Origin: Felis catus
Lineage: Eukaryota
Direction of reading: 5' to 3'
Assembly (NCBI RefSeq): GCF_018350175.1
Contig: NC_058383.1
Span: 2,170,001 to 2,234,000, forward strand
DNA: 64,000 bases
Shown here: one piece after another, positions 13,201-25,010 of the stretch
Layout of the letters: each line of letters starts with the position of its first letter
How positions within the stretch are numbered: the stretch's first letter is position 1
Notes under the pieces: generated by a model
What the model was told of the DNA's origin: nothing
What the model saw: only the letters and a program-made list of their open reading frames with translations
Database searches by the model: none
Made by a program: the position numbers and the translations under genes

Positions 13201-16200
13201 ACTGCCGAGGGCCTTTCTCCACAGGAAGAGACCAGGTCGGGTCTTCCAGGAGGCTGGCGGGATCCCAACCCCCAAAGCACCATCTGGGAACCCACATGCG
13301 TCTCGGCCGGAGCCCTGGGCCTGGACTGAGGGCTGGGCTGCTGTCGCAGCTCCTGTGCCCGGGGCCCCTCACTGGGAAGGGCTCACGCCACACGGCGCTG
13401 CCCGCTCCCCTGGGGCTGGCTCTTGGCCTCGGCAACCACCCAGCCTCACATTGGGCCCCGCGGGTCCCCAGACCACCTGGGAAAGGGGTGGCACCCACCT
13501 TCCAGGCCGGGGGCCTGAGGCCAGAAGGGATGCTGGAGCCCCACACGCTTACGTACAGAGGAAGCAGGGGTCTGAGCCCACACGGGCCTCCTGAGGAAAG
13601 CTCCGGAAAAGGCCCCCTCACCCGCCGGGCCAGGCTGAGCGGGTGCCGAGGGCCCTGGCCGTGGAGCAGAGTTGGGCGCCTGGCTGGCTGTTCGGCCCAC
13701 AGCCCCCCACCCCTCTAACACACTTGGCTGCGGCTCCCACATGCCGACCAGAAATTAAAAACAGATTTTCCACTGAGCTGGGCTTGGGTTTCACGAATTC
13801 CATGACGGTGAGCTCGTGGCCATCCTGGTTAGAAAGCACAGCCAGCGGCCGGCCGAGCAGGAGCCCAGGAGGGGCCCGGCTGTCTGTCCGAGTCCTCCCA
13901 CCGGAGGTCTGAGACCCAGAGCACCAGGCCGCGCAGGGACACACACCGGCTGCAGGCTGATGCCCTCACGGCGTGTGCACCCTACTCGCCCTTGCCCTCC
14001 AGGAACCACCGGGATGGAGGCCTGGCGAGGATGGACTTGGGCTCAAGGCCCCGGGACGAGCTCTGGTGGCTCACCCCCCAAGGCAGCCCCCGCCCCGCCG
14101 CCCTCCAGGTCTGGGGGCCAGCCCGCTGTCCTGCTGCCCACGCCACACCCGCTTGCGGAGGGAACGGACCCCGGAGGACACGGCACAGGAGCTGCCCTTC
14201 CCGCGGCGAGGGTGTCTATCCGGCCCCAGTGCCCTAACGCATTTCCCGGCACGGCGCCCAGAACAGCCCTCCGCTCTTCCCCAGGCTTGACCGCACACAC
14301 CTCTCCACTGGCCACCCCTATGGACCCAGGCCACAGGCCTCGGATGCAGCCAGGAGCCAGCCGACGGGCCCGGTCACATCATCGGGCCAGCCGGAGCCCT
14401 GTCCCAGGACTCAAGGGGGGATGTGGCCCGGGGAGGGCAGCCTAACCAGCCTCCAGGGCCGGGCTGGACGAGACACCACAACTTCTACGGCGGCCCTCAC
14501 GACAGTCGGGAGCCCAGCTGGAGTGCACGCGGCCGGAGCGGGCGGCACCCCAGGCCGGGACCCTCCTCAGAGCGAGAAGGAAGCTGTCGCTCAGGCTTTG
14601 GGCAGGCCGGCCTTGCCCCACGCCCTCAGCCAATACAAGAGAGGCCCGACCACAGTGGGTGCCTGTGGTACAAAACAGAGCCCTCTCTGAGACCCCTACG
14701 TCTCGTAGCCCACCCGCCCCTCCTGTGGGGACCCAGGCCTCAGCCAGGCTCCTCTGGGGAGCAGAAGCAGCACGCCGACTGAGACCTGCGGGAGGACCAC
14801 ACGTGCAGGCCGGTGGGTGTGCGTGAGCCCGACCCAGGCCTCGGGCAGGGGGCAGGGGACAGGGAGGCTCCAGAGGGGACCTGCACAGCCCCTCTTCCAC
14901 AGCCCACCCGGCCACAGCCTGGGTCCTCCGCCCGGTTCTGCGGGCACACCCCACACCCAGGCCCCTCCTCTGCAGCCCCCATCCTGCACCTCCTATTGGC
15001 CTGGAGGCCTGGCCTTGACCGAGGCCCGCCAGAGCCCTCACAGCCCCCTCCACGGCCCGAAGCATCCTTGCTGCCTCAGCTCGTCTGCTGTGTGGCCCCC
15101 AGGGGTCCTGCTGGACAGGCAGCAGACCCCATTCTGGGCACGTGCCGTCCCACCTCGGGCAGGGACCCAGCTCAGGGGTACCCTCTGGAAAGCAGCCCCC
15201 TGTTCTGGGCAACGGTGCCCATCAGATCCTCCCCAAGAGCGCGAGGAATCCCTCAGAGCCATGGGAGAGCCATGTGTGTCCTGGCCCAGTGCCAAGCTGA
15301 GGGCAGACCCCAGGAGGCAGGCACGGGCACAGCCAGGTCCTGCCACACCCACCACCAGCCCTGTCACATGCCCCAATTCCTGTGGGGCCACAGGAGGCCA
15401 CTTCCCATATCTGTGACCCGGTCCCTGGGCTGCAGATTCTGTTCCTCCTGTGCAGCCAAAGCAGAACTGCCCGTGGCGGGGAGAGGACCCGGTCCCCACA
15501 CCCGCTGAGCTTCCCTGAACCAGGCCCCGCTACGGGACCAGGGAGCCTCTGCACGGGGACTGTGTCCACCGAAGGGGAGTACCGCGTTGGAGCAGGAGCC
15601 TGCCCACATTTCCAGCCCACTGATGCTGGCCGGCCAGTGGCCTCAATTCTGCTTCTAGAGCAGTGACAATGCCCACCCCCGAGGGCCACTGTGTGGCCGC
15701 CCAGGGAAATGTTTATGAGCCTCTCTGGTACAGCGGCTGTGGCCTGGGGTGAGAGCCACAGCACACCCTGCCCAGAGCCTGACCAAGACCCCCTGGCCAG
15801 GGCCGGAACGGCCGATGTCCCTTCCTGCATATCCTCTGGGCAGAGGAGTAGAGTGTCGGGGACACGGCTCGTCACCACATCCACAGACCCTTGAAAACCA
15901 GGGGCCGCCGAAAGGCAGAACAATGGGGCCTGGTGACAGAGACCTCACACCAACGCCAAGCAGGGGATGTGCCAGGTTTCCCGTTAACCACCCCCATGAC
16001 CGCCGCAGTGTAGACCTCGCAGCCGAGGCAGCCAGAGGCTTCACCCTGCCCCCCGTCGGAAAGGAAAGAGCCGGTCGATCTGTCCCAGCAGGCACTTCCC
16101 TGTTCACCCACCACTGCGTCCCCCAAATCCAGCTAATCGGCTCTGTCCGTGCAGGGGGTACTCTAGAAGCTCCCGCCCACTCCTCAGTGAGCTTTGTCAC

Positions 16201-19200
16201 GTTCGGTACGTTTCTGTCACTTGCACCCCAGCATCCCGACTGTTACCATGGGACGCTGGCCACACATCAAGAACCCAGGGCCAACAACATTGTCCAGAAG
16301 TCGGTGACAATAAGGGCGTGCGGCGTGATTCTGGTTCCGAGTGATGCGCACCCCACGGGTCTGCGTGTGGGGGTGAAATCCAGCCAGAGGCGCTTTTTGG
16401 TTTTTTCTTCATGCTTTTTCCTATTTTCCAAATGTTCCGCCAACATCTATTATTTTTGTAGATGAGAAGCCAGGCGATCACCCCAGGTTTTAACCTGCTG
16501 ATCAGTGATGGAAGGAAGATGACAACAGGGCCACCCCACCCGCAAGACCCGGGGGCTCGGCCAACACCAGCCTGCAGTCAGGTACTCGGCAGACCTTTTT
16601 TGAGTCATAGCTTTTAGCCAAGGCGCTACGGTCTTAGCTAGGAGACCCCTGGGCCCCGACAGTCATACAACCTAGACCTCAAACGCCCTCTAAGGGGCCA
16701 CCCAGTCAGGGTTCACACATCTCCGAGCACAGAGGCAGCACGTTCAGACCAGAAGGACTCCCTTATTTTGGGCTGAGGCTCGGGCTTCTGTCTCAGAGCC
16801 TTTGCATGTGCCATTCCAGCGGTCAGGAACCGTCTCTGCCAAGGTCTGTGCATGGCTACCTCTGTCCTATCTTTAGGGTCTCGAGTGAACCATCCCAGCA
16901 CTCAGGGTTCTAACAAGAAACAGGCCTCACAGGCTGCGCAAGCCTGAGGCAAATGCTACCATCTGACCGGAAGAGAAGCCAGTGTGCCCACTTAATGCCA
17001 GGTTCCAGCCAAGTCCCAGCCCTCCGGGCGTTCGCAGCCTGGCTGGCGCCCTTCGTGGCAGGCCAGGAAGCACCTCTTCCAGGAAGACTTCCCTGACCAC
17101 TGCACTCCTGCAGGCCCTGTCCTGACACCTCACAGCTTCCAGCCGCCCTGAACTGGCAGAGATAATGAACAAAGAGAGTGAATTTGGCCTCGGCCTCCGG
17201 ACACGGGGGTGTGAAAAGGCTTGGCAGGGGAGTCATTAGGGTGGGTAGGGATGGATGGGGCACACGCCCCAAGGGGCAGCCCAGAGAGGGAGATGATCCC
17301 CCCCAAGGTCACACAGATAGGAAGCAACAGAGCTGGGGCCCAGGCCCCTATTCTCCAGCCTGAAAAGGCTGTGGGACCCCTGCCCGAAGCCAGGGCAGGC
17401 CCTACCATCACCTCAGAGCACATCAGGCCCCCAGACATTGGGCCCAGCCCGCCAGCTCAGCAGTGCGACCCCCAGAGTCTCCTCCTTTCTCTGGGCCTGC
17501 GATCCTCCGGGCAGCTCCCCTAAAATGACAGTCCCCACCCATCCAGCTGCCCCTTGTGTGGGGAACTCTGGGCCCAGCCCCAGGGGAGCCGGACCAGCAG
17601 CCCCTCCTGGCAGGCAGGTGGGGGGTGGAGTAGCACAGAGCAAACTCCAAAAGCTTCTCTGCCTCCTTCCAGTCCCCGTCCACCCACAGACCCCACTGGC
17701 ACCCTCCCTATGATCTGTCCAGCCGGCAAACGGCCCGGGTCCCCAAGAGATGCATCAATGGCCAGGGAGCCCCTCCCCTCAGAATGGTGGCCTCGGGAAC
17801 ATGGAAACCCGAGACCTTCCGCCCCAAGAGAAATGCCAGCCCTGCTCCTGCAGGGGCTCCAAAGCCCCAAGTAGGGCCGGCCAGGGCTCTGGGAGCCCTC
17901 GGAAGAGCCCCGCATCTGCTCCTGACCCCTGCAGGGGGCCAGCAGAGGGGGGCCCAGGAGGCTGACTCTGGCTCCTACCACCTCGTCATCATGTGACTCT
18001 GAGCCACTTCCCTCTCTGAGCCTCGGTTTGCTAATCTGTACAAGGGAGGCAATCATCCTCATTTCCCGGTCTGTGAGAGAAAGGACCAGTGACGGACAGC
18101 CCTGCACAGTGCCCCAAAACAGGGCCGGGCCATGGGGGTTTCCAGCGGGTTTCACCAGGGCACCCGGCAGTGGAAGGCGGGGGCCGGAAACGGCAAAGGA
18201 CAAAGCCTGGTCTCCTCACACCATACACGTCCCCTACTCCCCCGACCCAGGCCCCACTCGTCCCCTGGACAGTCCAGGAGGCAGAAGCCCTCCTCCCACG
18301 CTGGGCCCAGGCCACATGGGGGTGGGGGCATCGCCAGACCCTGCAGCTCAGGCAGAAGCCGGCCAAGAGGGGGCGCCTGGGGCAAGAGGACGAGGGGACC
18401 CCCGCCCGCTAGCTGCCCCCTCCACAGCCAGGAATACTAAACCAGGCGAGGCAGGAAGGGGCCCTAGGCCACAGGGTCCACGCTGACCCACTGCCCAGCC
18501 ACCCAGGAAGGGAGCTCTGTCTGATGCCACCGAGCACGAAGCAAAAGCACGGGGCCTCTGCATCCCCCACTGTAGCCCCACAGAAGTGCGCCAGCCCGGA
18601 TTTCAGGATGTGGCACTGGGGGATCAGAGAGGTCAAGTGTTCACCCAAAAGCACCAACCCCGGGAGGGCAGGGGCAGGACGCACGTCCGGGTCTGGCTCA
18701 TCCTACTAGCCCCCAGCCAGGAGCGGAGGTGGCAGGGGATGGAGACAGGCTGGTTTCCACGCCGTGAATTATTCAGTGGCTAATTCTGCTCCGCAGAGAG
18801 GAGGCAGGAGAGTGAGTCAGAGCCCTCCCACGGCGGAGGAGGGGGCAGTGCTCACAGAAGCTGGGGGCACACACCCGCAGGGGCACAGGGCCCTGCAGGA
18901 GGTCGGGCCGAGCCAGGGGGGCCGGCCCCCACTCTGGAGACCTCCACAGGCTGCAGACGTCGGGCCCTCACTCACACCCCACGATGTGTCCCGAGAGCCC
19001 CAGGGGGCGAGGGGCCACAGCCAGTCCAACCGAGGGTGGTGGGATGGCAGGTGCAGCCTGCAGGCAAACTCTGTGCGGGTCCAGATGCCCCAGGCGCCCC
19101 AGGGGCAGTCCCGGAGCTTCAGAACCGATAACTGGCAGAGAACTTCCTAAAGTAAAGCACAGTTCCTGGCCGGGGACAGCCAGGGGCCTGGTGTGACGGA

Positions 19201-20757
19201 GCCGTGACACGTGGAAGCCCCTGGGGAGCAGAGAAGGGTGCTGCTCCCACACCGGTCGGCACCCCACGGCTGGGCTTCTAAACGTGGGCGTTGAGTTTTA
19301 TAAAAACCTTGCTGTCTCTGGGCATGCCTGGGCCAATCCCCGGCCCCCTTTCTAATCTGCTTAGAAGCAGATCAGCAGGCCCAAGGTGACCACTGAGGCC
19401 GGGAGTGGTGGGCTCCCCTGCAGAGCTGAGATGCCCGCGGTGCCCTCGCTCTCTGCTTCCGGTCTCATCCTCTAGCTGAGGGTGCCCACAGGAGACAGTT
19501 CTACACAGGCCAGGTGCGATAATGTCCACGGAATACCGGACTCCCAGGCCATCTTGACAAGGAACGCTGTTCCACTCCACCCGGGGCTCTGCAATGACCA
19601 CTGGAGAGAACCCCAGAGGAGTTCCGGGTGACCAGGCATCCGGGTCATGGGGCTTCTGGAATCCGGATCCCCAGGCAGGAAGGAAATGCCCACAGCCCAG
19701 TCCCCTGCCCTGCACTCAAATGACAGTGGATCAGTGCTGGGGGTGGTGCTTGGGCTTGGCATGACCCCAGGACTAGGGTTCTACTGGGAGAGCCTGATCC
19801 CTTGGGGAGAAGGCTGCAGACCTCCACTGTCCCCCATTCTGCCCAGGCTCAGCCCCTTTCCAGCCTCCCAGACTGAGGCCCACCTTGAGTGTCTGTGGCC
19901 AGGCCTCCCTCCATCAGGGGCAGCCGGGTCTCCAGGCAGTCCAGGTGTCACCACAGCACACACCGCACTGTGTGCATCCCACAGCCTGGCCACCCAGCAG
20001 GGAGTCACTGCCGGCCAGAGAGGGCTGGCATCTGCCCAGCTCACTCACCTACCAAAATCTTGGCAGTGAGTGGGATTCCCCAGCTGGGGGTGAGGGGGCG
20101 AGGAATCCCCCCCTCCTGGCTGGACCCACTGCTCTCAGGTATGGGCTTGGGATCCTCTGGGTAAGGGGCTCTGCAGGGCCACAGTTCAGGGCTGCCCCAG
20201 GAGATGGACAAGGGCCTGGGTTGGAGCTGACAGCTGGCAGAGGGGGCTCCAGGGAGAAACGCGTGAAGGCTCCACATGACCCTAAAAAGGTGGGCCTAAG
20301 CGACACCAGGGGAGAAAGCTAGAATCTGCAGGAGGGCCGCGGACCCTCCATGCAGGATGGGGGTCTTTAGACGCTCAAGGAGGGGAGCCCCCAGGACGCA
20401 GAGGGGAGACCCTAGAGAAGAAAGGGGCTGTGACTCACGAGAAGGTGGAGGCCGTGACCCTCGAGGAGGACGGGGGCAGCGACCCTCCGGGAGGGAGCCA
20501 CCCCCCGCCCCCAGCCAGACCCTCGATGGGCGGATCGGGAATCTTCAGATCTTCGAAAGGACGGGACCGTGACCCTCGGCATGGAGGGGCCGTGACCCAG
20601 GGCCCTGACCCTCGACCCAGGGGGGCCGCGTCACCTGCTGGTAGTCGGTATCCTCGGGCCGGAACTGGCTGCTGGTGGTCTCCCAGCTCAGGTCGAAGTG
20701 GGGCAGCCGGTGTAGGAGGTTCACCCACCAGGGCGCCGCGTAGCTGACCCCGGCCAT
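1192..20757 (-). CDS. TTYH3: Protein tweety homolog 3, spliced CDS, exons 1-9 (5' part; gene continues beyond left edge). join(complement): 20635-20757, 6659-6828, 6388-6499, 6029-6249, 5644-5739, 4462-4534, 4098-4173, 1932-1987, 1192-1284
   Basis: Nine GT-AG-bounded exons (123+170+112+221+96+73+76+56+93 = 1020 nt) splice into one open frame. It starts MAGVSYAAPWWVNLLHRLPHFDLSWETTSSQFRPEDTDYQQALLLLG, the recognisable TTYH3 N-terminus, and has tweety TM segments and the SDFCVDPD motif. Confidence 0.97.
1932..1987 (-). CDS. TTYH3: TTYH3 exon 8 (DILEYYLACSPRASNPFQQ)
   Basis: Acceptor ctctctctgcag|AC, donor CAG|GTGAGT, 56 nt, tweety YY-C...NPFQQ motif. Confidence 0.96.
4098..4173 (-). CDS. TTYH3: TTYH3 exon 7 (GSSDFCVDPDTYVTRMVEEHSVLSG)
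   Basis: Acceptor tcccag|GGC, donor G|GTGAGT, 76 nt, conserved tweety SDFC-DP motif. Confidence 0.96.
4462..4534 (-). CDS. TTYH3: TTYH3 exon 6 (VCLLGVLALVISWGALGLELAVSV)
   Basis: Acceptor ctccaag|G, donor GTG|GTGAGT, 73 nt, TM helix. Confidence 0.95.
5644..5739 (-). CDS. TTYH3: TTYH3 exon 5 (WLGYLGLLLLDVAICLLALVGLIRSSKGILVG)
   Basis: Acceptor cccacag|G, donor GG|GTGAGT, 96 nt, hydrophobic TM helix. Confidence 0.95.
6029..6249 (-). CDS. TTYH3: TTYH3 exon 4 (VWDTAAALNRTAEPSLQ...VDLYDWYR)
   Basis: Acceptor gcgcag|GTG, donor AG|GTGCGG, 221 nt. Confidence 0.95.
6388..6499 (-). CDS. TTYH3: TTYH3 exon 3 (SAGIAVGFYGNGETSDGIHRATYSLRHANRTVAGVQDR)
   Basis: Acceptor tcccag|C, donor CGC|GTGAGT, 112 nt; tweety GFYGN motif and NRT sequon. 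Confidence 0.96.
6659..6828 (-). CDS. TTYH3: TTYH3 exon 2 (ALLLLGAAALACLALDLLFLLFYSFWLCCRRRKSEEHLDADCCCTAWCVIIATLVC), TM segments
   Basis: Acceptor cccacag|GCG, donor AG|GTGAGC, 170 nt, frame consistent with exons 1 and 3. Confidence 0.96.
9960..10118 (+). mobile_element. MIR SINE fragment
   Basis: MIR core tgtgaccttgagtcag...gcctcagtttctccacctatagagtggagatg...gaggattaca...tgtaaaggctcag. Confidence 0.65.
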
Positions 20758-21400
20758 GGCGGGCCGGCTGCCTCGGGCACGCCGCCGCGGGGCTCCCTCG
20801 TTGGCCCGGGGGCCGCGGGGTTCAGGGGCCGGCCAACCCCCGCCCGGCCGCCCGCATCGTCCGCTCGCTCCTGGGCCCGGCCCGGCCCGGCTCGGCCCGG
20901 CTCGGCTGCGCTCGGCTCTGCTCGGCCGCCCGCGCCCGCCGCCTCTTTGTTCGCCGCCGCGGCCGCCGCCGCCGCCTCCGCGCGCCCCCCGCCCGCGGCC
21001 CGACGCCCCGCCCCCGCGCCGCCATTGGCCCACAGCCCGCCGCCCCCGCCCCGGTAGCCGGTCCCGCCCCCTGCCGCCATTGGTCCGTAGCTCGCCGGCC
21101 CCGCCCCCCACCGCCCGTCCGCCGTCCTTGGCCCTCTGGCCCCGCCCATCCGCGCGCTCCCGCCCGCCGGCCCCGCCCCCGCGCCGCCATTGGCACGCGG
21201 GACGAGGCTCCGCCCAGCAGGGCCCCCTTCCCGCGCCGAAGGGCGCCGGGCGGTGGTGTCTCCACCAGCGGGTCGTGGCGGGGGCCAAAGCCCTGTCCTC
21301 ACGTCCACACGTCTGGCCGCCCTTCCCCCGGGCGCTCGCTCGTGGGTTCGACCGTTGCACGTTCCTTGAGCTTCTGTGGCGTTCGGCCTGGAGGAGCTGG
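20540..21400 (-). promoter_or_regulatory. TTYH3 CpG-island promoter/5' UTR with three CCAAT boxes and many GC boxes
   Basis: Very high GC and CpG density around exon 1; ATTGG at 21024, 21079 and 21189, each next to CCCGCCCC; no TATA box seen. Confidence 0.85.
20635..20757 (-). CDS. TTYH3: TTYH3 exon 1 coding part (MAGVSYAAPWW...DTDYQQ)
   Basis: ATG in strong Kozak context (cccgccATGG), 41 codons, donor CAG|GTGACG. Confidence 0.97.
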
Positions 21401-21451
21401 GCTGGCCTCCCCTGTACGCAGCCCGAGTCTGTTTGTCAAATGAAGATGATG

Positions 21452-21576
21452 TGGACTCAGAGCCTGGCGTGGTCACCCACAGCTGTGTGATCTTGGACAA
21501 GTTACTCACCCTCTCTGTTCATCAGTATCCTCGTCCGTGAAAGGGAAGTACAGTGAATGTAAAGTGCTCAGGACAG
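21452..21576 (+). mobile_element. MIR SINE fragment
   Basis: agctgtgtgatcttggacaagttactcaccctctctgttcatcagtatcctcgtccgtgaaa...tgtaaagtgctcag. Confidence 0.65.
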
Positions 21577-22511
21577 CAAAGTGCGACCCAGTATGTGCTT
21601 GTGAGGGGATGGGCAGGTAGATCCAGTCCCTGCCTGGCCACTCCTTTGGGGAAGCTTGTGTCTTTTATGACCAAGACAGTGCTCTGTCCTGGCCTCCTTG
21701 AGCCTGGAAATTAAGGCAACTGCCAGGGAGGGCCCAGCGTGGACTTTGGAGTCTCCTAGCCACATTTCCTAATAGGCATTATCATGCTGTATTAAAGTAG
21801 AGGTGGGAACCCCAAGAACAGAGGAGGCTGGAAATGCTGTGAGTGCATGGCAGACTCGCCCCTCTCTGCACCCTAGGGCACAAGGTGCGTCCTCTTGGCT
21901 CCGGCTTGTCAGCATCCTGGGGCGTTATTTCTGGACTCCTTGCGTTCTGAGAGCGAGGTTCCTACGCCTGGGATTCTGCCGTCTGCTATGCTCTGTGGGC
22001 AGACAGGCCCCTTCTGTCAGGCTGGGCTGGGCTTTTGTGGACAGGGACAGCTCTGGGCAGTGGCTTCCCAAGAGGCCTGTCCATCTGTTCACCTGATTGC
22101 CCTGACTCGTCTGTTTTCTTGTAATAAGGCTGGGTGGCTCACTCAGCCTCCTGCAAAGGCATGTGGGCACAGGAGAGGCCTTTTCGAAACTGTGCTTTCC
22201 ACCCTTGGGATAATTTACATACCACCCAGTTGGAGAATAATGGTGGGGCAGGAAGAGAGAGGTCACATTCTCCATCCCTAAAGGGCATAGTTTTCTGGTT
22301 CCTGTCACTGGCAGTGGGACACACAGTCACAGATGCCCTGCTTCCCCCTGACTCCCATGCCCCAGCACCGGGGTGGCAGGCCCACCAGGGTCCCATGTGG
22401 ATGCATGGGGACTATCAGCTCTTTTCCAGGTTTCCAGAAGCCTCGAAATATTGTGCATTTTCCTCCGATAAGGCCAGAAAGCCTGACTCAAACATAAAAT
22501 GACAACTCAGC

Positions 22512-22978
22512 TGTACTGAGTTGACTTGTGTCCCCCCTCAAAAGATATGTCCGTGTTCTAACTCCTGGTGCTTGTATGATTTTATCTGGAAACAGGGTCA
22601 CTGCAAATGTGATCAGGTGAAGAGGAAGTCATCCTAGATTATGGAGGGGCCCCAATCCAATGACAGTGTATCTTCATAAGAAGAGAGAATTTGGATACGT
22701 CAAGTAGGAGATAGACACAGGGGAAAACAACATAATGAAGACGGATGCAGAGATGGAGGTGATGTGTCTACAGCCAAGGAACCTGAGGGTCACCAGAGCC
22801 ACCAGCAGCCGGGAGAGAGGGGTGGATTAGAGTCTCCCTCAGAGCCTCAGAAGGGATCGACCCTGCGGACCGCTTGAGCTGAGACTTGGATTTCCAGAAC
22901 TGAGAGATGGTAACTGCCTGTTGCTCAGGCTGCCTGGTTTGTGGTGCTGTGTTACAGCAGCCGCAAGAAACCCATACA
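22512..22978 (+). mobile_element. MaLR solo LTR (MLT1-like), near full length
   Basis: TG...CA ends; gtgtcccccctcaaaagatatg, tggaaacagggtcactgcaaatgtgatc, ctacagccaagga, gatttccagaactgagaga, gttacagcagccgcaagaaacccataca. Confidence 0.8.
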
Positions 22979-24179
22979 TCAGGCCGTTCAGAGCTTCTGC
23001 TGGGCAGGCGTTCTCTGCCTCTGATTGGCACGCAACGGCAAGGGAGGTCATCACTGATTAATGCTTGCAACACAGTGTGATCTGTGAAACCTTTTCCTAA
23101 GGTGGTGGGGGGCGGTCCCTGGAGAAAGAATACTAAAGGGGTCCAGGGTGGAGAAAAGGAGGGACCCATAACATACAGTCCTGGAAAAGCACTGCCAGAG
23201 CCCCAAACTTACTGCTCCCGGGGGCCTGGGTATTGGAGAGAAAATCCCCCTGGTACTGAAGGGCATCCAGGAGACAACACTTTCTTGTGGCCTGGGGGGG
23301 GGGGAGGGTGCGCAGGAAGGATCCAGGGGCTCTGGAGTCTGACACTTGCTCCTGTCCCTGATACGTAAACTGGGGTTCCTGCTGCCCAGTCTCTAGAAAG
23401 GCAAGGGGTAAAGGGAGAACACTGGGTAGAGGGGGAGGGGCACAAGGAAGCCCTGTCCCCACCCCACCCTCTGGGTGACTGGTGGCACTGGTGGCACCTA
23501 TGGTGTTTTTTCCTGTCCTGAATGACTGTGGCCAGACTCTGGCCCCACTCTACGGATGCAGAAACTGAGGCCCAGCTCTCACCATTGCTCTGGAGGCATG
23601 GGAATCACCACAGAACCAGGGAACCAAGATTCAGCCTTGTACTGTTGGCCACAGACCGGATGGCCTGACATAGGGCACTAGTGGTCCAAGAAGTCAAAGA
23701 GGACTCAGTCGGCTGTGCTGGCCCCTGACCAGGGCGCCCAGGAACACACTCCAGTGACTCAGCGGTGACTCAGGAGGAGGCAGCAGATGCGGAAACCGCT
23801 AGTCCTCTCCCGGGTGGTGATAAGCAGCTGGGGCATCCGAGCCCCTCTATCCGGGAGGACCCAGAGCCGGGAACCCAGAAGGCCTCCGCACAGCCGTTCT
23901 GTGAAGGCAGGAAGGACAGCCTGGCGGTCCCCAGCTGGGCAGCCCTGAGCCACGAGCCCCCGGAGCAACCCGCCCCACCAGGTGCCCACATCACAGAGGG
24001 GGTGGGAGGGGGTGCTTCAAGGCTCAGAAATGAGGACACTTGTTCCTAATCCACACAGACGGCAGACATATGGGCCTCGGTTTCCTGTATGTGAAATGGG
24101 GCTAAAACCAGCCCTACGACCTGGGGAGGTTGCGTGGTGGAGGCCACGCGTGGAAAGCGCAGCGTGAGTCCATCTTCCG

Positions 24180-24310
24180 TGCGCGCTCCGTCCACGCTCC
24201 GCCCCCGCACCACGCTCCGCCCCCGCGCCACGCTCCGCCCCTACGCCGGGCCTGCTCCGTCCACGCTCCGCCCCCGTTCCACGCTCCGCCCCCCGCGCCG
24301 GGCGCGCTCT
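24180..24310. repeat. GC-rich minisatellite, ~18-bp unit CCACGCTCCGCCCCCGCG, ~5 copies
   Basis: Direct inspection; gives the repetitive GAERGA/STLRPR peptides in the ORF track. Confidence 0.85.
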
Positions 24311-24479
24311 GTTCACGCTGTGTGCGTGGAAGCCATTGTCGGGCTTACCCACGACTCCTCCGCCTCGAAGGCCGGATTTTTTTTCTATCCTGTGTTTCTG
24401 AGTCAGGTTTTGCACGCGGTCTCCGATGCTCTGTGAGCCTCAGCCTCTCACGGTGAGAAGTCTATGAGATGACAGGACG

Positions 24480-24912
24480 CAGTCGCACCGACAGCCAGGA
24501 GGCGGGAACCGCCCGAGGGTCCTTCAGTGGCTGAACGACAGGTGGTACGGCCACGCCAGGGGCGTCAGCCGGCCGCGGAAAGGAACGCAGCACCGGCTCA
24601 CGCTGCCACGTGGGTGGACGTCGAAAACGTGACACCGAGTGATGGAAGCCAGACACAAAGGGCCACATCTCATGTGCTACCGTTTATTAGACCCACAGTA
24701 AGTAAACCCATCGGAACAGAAAGTGGATTAGTGGTCGCCAAGGGCTGGGGTTGGGGGCGGGGTAGGAGGAAGAATGGGGAGTGACTGATGAATGGGTCTG
24801 GGGTTTCTGCTCAGGGTGGTGGAAATCTTTCGGAAACGATAGAGGTGATGGTCGCACAACATCGTGAGTGTACCAAATGCCTCTGAATCGTTCGCTTAAA
24901 AACGGTCATCTT
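24480..24912 (+). mobile_element. L1 (L1MB-like) 3' end fragment
   Basis: ggaagccagacacaaagggccaca, cagaaagtggattagtggtcgccaagggctgggg, gagtgactgatgaatggg, gatagaggtgatggtcgcacaacatcgtgagtgtac. Confidence 0.75.
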
Positions 24913-24959
24913 ACCACACACACAAACACACGCACACACACAAAATAGGATTACAATCC

Positions 24960-25010
24960 TCCCTCCACCCTCCCTCCCTCCCTTCCTTCCTTCCTTCTTT
25001 CCTTCCTTCC
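24960..25010. repeat. (CCCT)n(CCTT)n microsatellite, preceded by a CA-rich tract at ~24914-24941
   Basis: Direct inspection. Confidence 0.85.

Noticed and set aside
20758..21360. In-frame open extension upstream of the TTYH3 ATG (possible longer N-terminus)
   Set aside because: No in-frame ATG; it runs through the CCAAT/GC-box promoter; the known tweety N-terminus begins at MAGVSY.
20756..21490. 244-aa antisense ORF starting at the same CCATGG as TTYH3, with a good Kozak context
   Set aside because: gccATGGc is self-complementary, so a strong start appears on both strands automatically. The product is low-complexity Pro/Arg from a CpG island, and there is no sign of a + strand promoter upstream.
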